DNA of 32,000 nt, taken from positions 60,001 through 92,000 of the forward strand of contig CP043989.1 of the NCBI GenBank assembly GCA_015134435.1, in the 5' to 3' direction. This DNA comes from Candidatus Saccharimonadota bacterium (GTDB taxonomy: Bacteria; Pseudomonadota; Gammaproteobacteria; Enterobacterales; Enterobacteriaceae). The notes beneath the pieces were generated by a model. The model had not been told where the DNA came from. It saw only the letters and a program-made list of their open reading frames with translations, and made no database searches. Below, in pieces: positions 23,601 through 32,000 of this stretch; position 1 is the stretch's first letter, and every line of letters begins with the position of its first letter. Both the position numbers and the translations under genes were made by a program.

Positions 23601-23842
23601 TATGAATATTTTCAGCTTATAATATTAAATATAAATTTTTATTAAATAAATATTTTATTGAAAAAGCTAAAGAAAAATTATTTAATAGTTTATATGGAAA
23701 TTTTTTTATAAAAGGTGAATTATATGATATATATATATCTTATATAATTAAAAAATATTATAATTTTTTAAATATTAATTTTATAATACAAGAAATAGAA
23801 AAATGATTATTACCTGTATTTAATAATTTAATTATTAAATAA
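20654..23842 (+). CDS. recC: Exodeoxyribonuclease V gamma subunit (RecC)
   Basis: ATG at 20654. MFTLYQSNNLNILKENM matches E. coli MLRVYHSNRLDVLEALM. I translated the whole gene manually and the only interruptions are TGA. Conserved blocks include YLIYRLDWLYKWE, ISYIPPIYINIL, LFNPCYKIWYKNI, LLGYCIDNE, FKVICLIGMNENIY, NKYLFLQKILFSNKLYISYI and LHNFWLNPIKYFF, with the tail WLLPVF. TAA at 23840-23842 gives 1062 aa. Confidence 0.93.
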
Positions 23843-23853
23843 TTAATAAATTT

Positions 23854-26496
23854 ATGATTAATAATAAAAATTTTTTAAATATTTATTTAGGAAAATCTAA
23901 TTTAATAGAATCTTCAGCTGGTACAGGAAAAACACATATTTTATCATTATTATATTTACGTTTTTTATTAGGTATAAATATTGAATATAATTTTTTAAAT
24001 TTATTTATTAAAAATATTTTAGTAGTTACTTTTACTGATGTAGCATGTTTAGAAATAAAAAAAAGAATATTTTCGAATATTAGAAAATTACGTACTTATT
24101 TTTTTAAAAAAATAAATATTGATGATTATATAAAAAATATATTTTTATATATTAAAAATATTCCTAATATATTAAATATATTAATAAATTGTGAAAATAA
24201 TATTGATACTATTTCTATTTATACTATACATGGATTTTGTAAAAAAATTTTATTTTCTTATTTTATTAATTCAAATATAAATTTTTATTCAAAAATTTTA
24301 AATTATGAAGATAAATTTATTTATAATATAATAATACTTTTTTGACGTAAGTATTTTTATAATTTATCTTTTAATATAATTAAGATAATTTATTCTTATT
24401 GAATTAATCCTATGTGTTTATATAAATATATATATTGTATTTTAAATTTTACTAATTTTAAATTTAATAGTATATTAAAATATTTTTCTATAGAAGATTG
24501 TTATAATAAAATTATTAATTATATTAATGATTTTAAAAAAAAATGAATTTTAAATTATAAATATATATATAAATATATAAATTCATTAAAATTTAATTTT
24601 TTTTTATATAATAAAAAAAAAATAGAAATATGATTTAATTATATAAATTTATGATGTAAAAATAAAAATATTGATTTTTATATTCCTTTTTGTTTAAAAA
24701 ATTTTAGTTATAAATATATTTCTAAATATATATTTTTTTTAGATTTTAATATTAAAAATATATTTATTTATATAGATAAATTATATTTTATAATTAATGA
24801 TTTACGTAATTTTATTATATTTAAATGTTTAGAATATATTAATATTAAAAAAAATATATATAAAGAAAGAAATAATTTTATTAGTTTTAATGATTTAATA
24901 AATAAATTAAATTATATATTAAATAATTATGAAAATAATTTTTTATTAAATGATATTAGAAATAATTATCCAATATGTTTAATTGATGAATTTCAAGATA
25001 CAGATATTTTACAATTTAATATATTTAATAATATATATATAAAAAATAAATTTAATAATACTAAAATAATTTTTATTGGTGATCCTAAACAATGTATATA
25101 TACATTTAGAAATGCTAATATTTTTAATTATTTTAAAGTAAAAAATAATGTAGATTTTTTATATATTTTAAATATTAATTGAAGATCTTCTTATTTTTTG
25201 GTTAAAAGTATAAATTATATTTTTAATAAAATTAAAAATATTTTTATATTTAAAGATTTAAATTATATATCCGTTTTACCTTCTTATAAAAATAAATTTT
25301 TATTTATAAAAAAAAATAAATTAATTGATTTTAGTATAAAATTTTTTAATTTAAATAATTTTAATAATTTAAATTATAAAATAAATATAGCTAAATTTTG
25401 TTCTATTAAAATATATAATTTATTAAATTCTAAAAAATATTTTTTATATAAAAATAATATTAAAAGAAAAATATTACCTTCTGATATTGCTATTTTAGTT
25501 CATAAAAATTATGAAATTAAAATTTTTTTTGATATATTAAAAAAATATTTTTTACCTATTAATTGTATATTAGAAAAAAGTAATATTTTTTCTTCTTTAG
25601 AAGCAAAAGAAATTTTTTTTGTATTAAAAGCTATAATTTTTCCTGAACATAAATTAAATATAAAAAATGCGTTATTTACTAATATATTTAATTATGATTT
25701 ATTTACTATAAATAAATATATTAATAATTATAAATTATATATAAATATTATAAATAATTTTTATTATTATAATAATATATGAGATAAATATGGTATTTAT
25801 TCTTTAATAAATTTTTTATTAGAAAATAAAAATATTAATAATAATAATAATTTTGTAAATTATAAAAATGAACAATTTAATATTAATTTATTACATATAG
25901 CTGAAATTTTGCAAAAAAAATTTTGTTTAATAAATGATAAATTTTTATTATTAAATTGATTAAATGAAAAAATTAATAATTTATCTGATATAAATAATAA
26001 AGAATATTATTTACGTTCTTTTTCTTATGAAAATGAAGGTATTAAAATATCTACAATACATAAATCTAAAGGATTACAATATAATATAGTTTGAATACCA
26101 TTTTTATTTTTTTTAAATAAATTTAATAATTTTAATATTTATTATAATCGTAAAAATTGTAAAATTAATATAGATTTATTTAATTTAAAAAAAAATAATA
26201 ATTTTATGAATGAAGAAATTATTTCTGAAGAAATGCGTTTATTATATGTAGCTATAACTAGATCTATATATCAATGTAATATTATTTTATATAAAATATT
26301 TAATAAAAATAAAAATTTTAATTGTATTAATAGAATTATAAATAATAATAAAAATTTAATTTTTTTTAATTATAAATATATTAATTTTATTAATATTAAT
26401 ATTTTTAAATATATTAAAAAAAATAATTTTTATATAATAAAATATATTTTACAAAAAAATAATAATTTAAAAATAAAAAAAAAAAAAAAAAATTAA
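23854..26496 (+). CDS. recB: Exodeoxyribonuclease V beta subunit (RecB), helicase portion; the frame terminates just after an A18 run
   Basis: ATG at 23854. SF1 helicase motifs are present: ESSAGTGKTH, VVTFTDVA, IYTIHGFC, LIDEFQDTD, IFIGDPKQCIYTFRNANI, NINWRSS, ISTIHKSKGLQYNIVWIPF and RLLYVAITRS. The frame is continuous through TGA=Trp until AAT TAA at 26491-26496. That is 880 aa, with no nuclease domain in this frame. Confidence 0.92.
26475..26492 (+). repeat. A18 homopolymer at the recB frame junction (candidate slippage site)
   Basis: There are 18 consecutive A from 26475 to 26492. The upstream recB frame stops 2 nt after the run. The downstream nuclease-domain frame becomes open at 26477, inside the run. 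Confidence 0.9.
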
Positions 26497-27292
26497 AATA
26501 ATTAATTATTCTAATATTATTTTATTAAATAAAAATATATTATTTAATAATATAAAATGTTTAAATAAAAATATTTTTTTTTTAAATTTACCTAAAGGAA
26601 AAAAAATAGGAAATTTTTTTCATAAAATTTTTGAAAAAATAAATTTTAAAAAAACAATATGTAATAATTTTTTATTAAAATATATATATAAATATAATAT
26701 TAAAAAAAAATATATTTTTAATATAAAAAAAATTTTAATTAATACATTAAATGTAAAATTATATCCTTTAAATATAAATTTATTAAATATTAAATTTAAT
26801 TTAATATTAAAAGAATTTAATTTTTTTTTATATATTAATAAATCAATTAATTTTATAAAATTTAATAATATTATTAAAAAATATGATAAAATTTCAAATT
26901 CATGTAATGATTTAAATTTTAATAATTTTATTAAAGGATATTTAAATGGAACAATAGATTTAATTTTTAAATATAATAATAAATATTATATTATTGATTA
27001 TAAATCTAATTGATTAGGAAATAATATTATTAATTATAATAAAAAAAATATAAAAAAAAATATAATTTATAATAGATATGATATTCAGTATCAAATATAT
27101 TCTATTGCTTTACATAATTATTTAAAATTAAATTTAATTACATATGATTATTCTTTGCATTTTGGTGGTATTTTTTATATATTTTTAAGAGGTTTATTTA
27201 TTGAAAATAATTATAGATCTTATAGTGGTATTTTTTATATAAAACCAAATAAAAAATTAATTTTTAAATTAAATAATTTTTTTAAAATATAG
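26477..27292 (+). CDS. recB: RecB C-terminal nuclease domain, in the +1 frame relative to the helicase part, with no canonical start codon of its own
   Basis: The frame is open from 26477. LPKGKKIGNFFHKIFEKINF matches FPRGASPGTFLHSLFEDLDF. GYLNGTIDLIFKYNNKYYIIDYKSNWLG matches GMLKGFIDLVFRHEGRYYLLDYKSNWLG and retains the catalytic D...DYK motif. YDIQYQIYSIALHNYL and HFGGIFYIFLRG also match. The stop is TAG at 27290-27292. There is no in-frame ATG, GTG or TTG upstream of the conserved nuclease motifs (first about 27157). Confidence 0.88.
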
Positions 27293-27300
27293 GTATTATT

Positions 27301-29187
27301 ATGATTTTTAATGAAGTAGAGAAATTTTTATGATCTTGTTATAAAAAAAAAGAAGCAACTTTATTAGATATATATTTTTCTAAATTATTATGTAAAGAAA
27401 ATAATTTTAATTATTCTGTTATAATGTTATTTAATTTTTTAATTAGTTTATCTAATAGATTAGGGAATATATGTCTTCCTATTTGTGAAATTTTAGGTAA
27501 AAATATATTTACTAAATATATATATAATTTTTTAATTTATTTTTTTAATAAATATATTAATATTTATAATTGTATTAATATATTATTTAAATATAATTTT
27601 ATAAGTATTTATTATAAAAATTATACAACTCCTTTTATATTATATAAAGATTGTATTTATTTACATAAATTTTGAGTATATGAGAATTATATATCTAATT
27701 TTTTTAAAGTTAATTATAGAAAAAAAAAAAAATTAAATAATAAAAAAATTTCTTATATATTTAAATATTTGAAAATTTTTAATATGGATATATATCAAAA
27801 AATATCTATGTTAAATATTTTTTTTAATAAAATATCTTTTATTTCAGGTTCACCTGGTACTGGTAAAACAACTATTATTGCTAAATTAGTTTATATATTA
27901 TATAAAATATTTAATTTTAAATCTAAAAATGATATTAAAATAGCATCTTTTACTGGAAAATCTTCTTCATATTTAACAAATATATTAATAAAAAATTATA
28001 AATTATTAAAAATTAAAAAAAAAATATATAATAATTTACCTAATAAAGCAACAACAATACATAAATTATTTAATTTAAATATTAATTTAAAAAAAAATAA
28101 TAATATTAATAATAAATATCATTTAAAATTTAATATTTTAATTATAGATGAATTTTCTATGATAGATATAATTACTTTATATTATATATTTTATTTTTTA
28201 AATAAAAAATTTATAAAAATAATTTTTTTAGGAGATAGTAATCAAATAGGTCCTATAAATTCTTGTTCATTATTAAATGAAATATGTAATTATAATTATT
28301 CTTTTTTTAATAAAAATAAAGATATTATTAATTTTTTATTAAAATATAAATTTAATTTTTTAAAATTTAATATAAATATTAATAAATTAAATAATAATAT
28401 ATCTTTTTTATTAAAAAATTATCGTTTTAAAAAAAATAAATATTTAAATATATTTTCTAATTATATAAATTGTGGTGAATATAGTAAAATAGATGAATTT
28501 TTGTATAAAAATAATTTTAATAAAAATATAAATTTTTATGATTCTAATAAATTTGATTATAATTTTTTAATTAATTTTTGTATAAAAAAATATAAATATT
28601 ATATTAATTATATAAATAATAATAATATTAATTTTAATAAATTATTATATTATTTTAATAAATTTCAAATTATATCAATAATAAAAAATTCTAAATTTGG
28701 TACTTTTTATTTAAATAAATATATTAATAATTTTTTTTTATCTAAATATATAAATGATAATTTAATATATATAGATAATAAAAATAAAATTTATTATAAT
28801 GGACAACCTATAATTATTACAAAAAATAATAATGATATAAATATATATAATGGTGATATAGGGTTTATATTATATAATAAAAATAAATTAAAAATTTTTT
28901 TTTCAAATATTAATAATAATAATAATATTATTATTTATTTTAATAATTTTATTTTTTGAGAATTAACATGAGTTATAACAGTACATAAATCGCAAGGATC
29001 AGAATTTAATCATATATTATTAATAATACCTAATTATTTTTATAATTTGTTAGATAAAAAAATATTATATACTGCATTAACTCGTTCTATAAAAAAAATT
29101 AGTATTTATTCAAATAAAGATATGTTTTTAAATATTATTAAGAGAAATAAAGTATATTATAATAATATTATAAATAAATTAATATAA
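27301..29187 (+). CDS. recD: Exodeoxyribonuclease V alpha subunit (RecD)
   Basis: ATG at 27301. The frame runs through ORFs 27424..27675 and 27769..28959 via TGA. Motifs ISGSPGTGKTT, ASFTGKSS, TIHKL, IIDEFSMID, IFLGDSNQIGP, YRF, NGDIGFI, TVHKSQGSEF and YTALTRS are present. TAA at 29185-29187 gives 628 aa. Confidence 0.93.
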
Positions 29188-29919
29188 TTTTAATATTTTT
29201 TTATTAAATATTATTAATATTAATAATTTTAAATTTATATTTTTATTTTTTTTTATATTTATTTCATTTTTTTTTATTAAATTTAATATTTTTTTTTTTT
29301 CAATATTTTTATATTTATATATATTTTTAATAAAATATTTAAATAATATATTTAATATTAATATTTTATTAAATTTTTCATTTTTTATTTTATCTATTAA
29401 ATATAAAATTTTTTTTATATTTTTTTTATATAATAATAAAATTATATTTTTTATATAATTAAAGTTTATATATTTATTATAATATATAATATTTTTACTA
29501 TAATTTTTATTATATATTATAGTTATAATATTATTAATTTTTTTTTTAAAATTTATTAATTTAATATAATTAAAATCTATAATTAATATTATAAATATAT
29601 ATTTGTTTATTTTTTTTATTATATAATTAAATATATAATAATTTATATTATTTATTTTTTCTATTATATTAATAATAATTAATTTTTTTTTTGAAAATAA
29701 ATTATTTTTTATTATAATATTTATTAAATTATTTCAATTATATTTTTTATTTATTATTACATTTATAATATTATTTTTATTTATTTTTTTTAATAAAATT
29801 TTTTTTATTTTATTTTTACAATTTTGTTTTTCTATATAATTATTTCCTATAATATAATAAAAATTATATTTTTTTTTTATTTTTTTTTTAGAAAATTTAT
29901 TATAAAAAATTTTATTCAT
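29179..29919 (-). CDS. holA: DNA polymerase III delta subunit, shortened
   Basis: ATG at 29919, 5 nt after the leuS stop, which is the conserved leuS-(lptE)-holA position. YNFYYIIGNNYIEKQNCKNKIKK matches AAYLLLGNDPLLLQESQDAVRQV, and NWNNLINIIIKNNLFSKKKLIIINI matches DWNAIFSLCQAMSLFASRQTLLLLL of my recalled E. coli HolA. TAA at 29179-29181 gives 246 aa, against about 340. The rest is too diverged to align by eye. Confidence 0.7.
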
Positions 29920-29924
29920 AATAA

Positions 29925-32000
29925 TTATGTTATAAAATTAATAATTTTATTTTTTATATATATAATATTTTTTATTTTTTTATTTTTTAAAAAAATTTTT
30001 ATATTTTTATTTTTATATATATATATTAATATTTTTTTTTTGTTAAGTGTATTTTTAATTTTTATTATTTTTTTAGTTTTACCATTTATTTGTAATATTA
30101 TTTTTATTTTTTTTTTAATTATTATTTTTTTTTTATTTATTTTTGGTCATAAAGAATTGTCTATAATTTTTTTATTTTTCATTTTTTTTCATAAATAAAA
30201 TGTAATATGAGGACAAAATGGATATATTAAAATTATAATTGTATTAATACATTTTTTTATTAAATTATAAATTTTTTTATTTTTTATTTTTTTATTTTTT
30301 TTTATTAAATTAAAAAAAATCATTATTTTAGATATAATTGTATTAAAATTATTTTTTTTATTTAAAATATATGTTGTTTCTTTTATAATTTTATTTAATT
30401 TATATTTTATATAATAATATTTTTTAATATTTATTTTTTTATTATAATTTATTTTTTTTTTTTTTTTAAAATTAAATATTAAAATTCATAATTTATTTAT
30501 AAATCTATAACATCCTTTTATATTTAAATCATTTCAATATAAATTTTCATTTATAGGTGCAGAAAATATTATAAATAATCTTAATGTATCAGCTCCATAT
30601 TTATTTATTATTTTTAAAGGATTTATTCCATTATTTTTAGATTTTGACATTTTATTTTTACCAGAATATATTAATTTTATATTTTTATTTTTTAAATAAA
30701 AATATGTTTTATTATTTTTATATATTTTTTTAACATTTTTTTGTGATATTCAAATTTTTTTATTTTTTTTAAAATAATAATATGTATCTGATAAAACAAT
30801 ACCTTGACAAATTAATCTTTTTACTGGTTCATTAGATTTTATTAATCCTATATTTTTAAAAAATTTATGAATAAATCTAAAATATATTAAATGCATTGTT
30901 GCATGTTCTATTCCTCCTATATATGTATCTATAGGTAATCAATAATTAGCTTTTTTACTTTTAAATATATTTTTTTTATATTTTGGACATGTATATCTAA
31001 TATAATATCATGATGATTCCATAAAAGTATCAAGTGTATCTGTTTCTTTTTTTCAAATTTTATTTTTTAATTTTATTTTTTTTCATTTTTTTATTTTTTT
31101 TAAAAAATTTTTATTTGAATTAATATTTTTTATTTTAGGAAATTTAACAGGTAATTTATTTTTTTTTATAGTTTTATATTTGTTATTATTTTTTATTATA
31201 GGTATTGGAACACCTCAATACCTTTGTCTAGATATAACTCAATCTTTTAATTTAAAAATAATTTTTTTTTTAATTAATTTTTTTTTAATTAAATATTTTT
31301 TTATATTTTTAATATTTATTTTTTTTTTTTTTAATTTAATTAATTTATATTTTTTAATAAAATAATTATGTTGTTTATTAAAATTAGGACATATTAGTAT
31401 TGCATTTGTATTATATAATTCTTCTGTAAAATTAGTTATTCAAATAGGAATTTTATGTTTTGTAATTGGATTTTTTATATATAAATTAGTATTTATACCT
31501 ATACATTTATTAATATTTTTAATATTATTTTTATATATTTTGTTTTTTATTTTATTAAATATATTTGGATTTTTTTTTTTAATAAAATTAATTATTTTAT
31601 TATTAATAGATATACTTATACATAAAGTTGATATTAATAAATTTATATTTTTTATAAATATTTTTATTTTTTTTTTAGTTTTATAAATATTAATATTTAA
31701 TTCTAATCCTTTATATTTACCTATTCATTTTTTTTGCATATTTATGACTTTTTTAGGTCATTTATTTAATTTATTTAAATCATTATTTAATTTATTAGCA
31801 TATTTAGTTATTTTTATAAATCATTGTGATTTTTTTTTATATTTTATTATTGAATTACATCTTCAACATTTATTATTTATTACTTGTTCATTTGCTAATA
31901 CTGTTTTATCTATAGGACATCAATTAATTATTTTTTTTTTTTTATATATTAATTTTTTTTTAAATAATTTAATAAATAATAATTGTTCTCATTTATAATA
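29925..32000 (-). CDS. leuS: Leucyl-tRNA synthetase (N-terminal ~130 aa lie beyond the right edge)
   Basis: The frame starts at 32000 as YYKWEQLLF (E. coli YYRWEQKFF). It continues through [46 protein letters not shown] and the KMSKS motif ([15 protein letters not shown] at 30650-30648). The tail [10 protein letters not shown]...KIINFIT ends at TAA 29925-29927. All internal interruptions are TGA. Confidence 0.93.

Noticed and set aside
26477-27292. The RecB nuclease segment as an independent gene (a stand-alone PD-(D/E)XK nuclease).
   Set aside because: The frame has no ATG, GTG or TTG upstream of the conserved nuclease motifs and no SD-like motif. It continues the RecB linker immediately after the A18 run. 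I therefore treat it as the frameshifted 3' part of recB. A two-piece protein is not strictly excluded.

Overview
This window is a gene-dense stretch (about 93% coding) of an extremely AT-rich, highly reduced proteobacterial genome. By eye it is about 10-13% G+C overall, and about 1% in the spacers. It is almost certainly an obligate intracellular (insect-type) endosymbiont. The sequence only makes sense under genetic code 4 (UGA=Trp). Every long conserved gene is cut into pieces by TGA alone, and those TGAs sit at invariant Trp positions of homologues.

Read with code 4, I find 27 protein genes and one tRNA, in blocks syntenic with free-living beta/gamma-proteobacteria:
- rnc-lepB-lepA (minus strand)
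- gltX
- ligA
- tRNA-Ser(UGA)
- tsf-rpsB, divergent from map
- speD
- glnS
- rnz
- an 809-bp spacer that is about 99% AT
- ybhL
- ihfA-pheT-pheS-rplT-rpmI-infC-thrS
- ydjM-recC-recB-recD
- holA-leuS

I cannot name the organism from sequence alone. Composition and code resemble Zinderia/Nasuia-like symbionts, and the gene order also fits an Enterobacterales-derived lineage.

I found no mobile element, CRISPR array, prophage, toxin-antitoxin or defence locus, and no unassigned ORF that could hide a novel system. Every ORF over 60 aa is either a recognisable housekeeping gene or an antisense shadow of one.

The points worth a second look are all signatures of reductive evolution:
- recB is split by a +1 frame change exactly at an A18 run, yet has an intact nuclease motif downstream.
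- ThrRS lacks its whole N-terminal TGS/editing module.
- The editing-site motifs of LeuRS are eroded.
- The orphan speD has Asn in place of the Ser that forms the pyruvoyl cofactor.
- infC has a non-AUG (ATT) start.
- The rpsB/tsf ATGA junction has a UGA that can no longer terminate.
- ligA has no BRCT domain.
- holA is truncated and lptE is missing.
- Two pairs of convergent genes overlap.
- The spacers are nearly pure AT, and one carries a (TA)17 microsatellite.

All coordinates come from manual translation. Start codons are less certain than stops.
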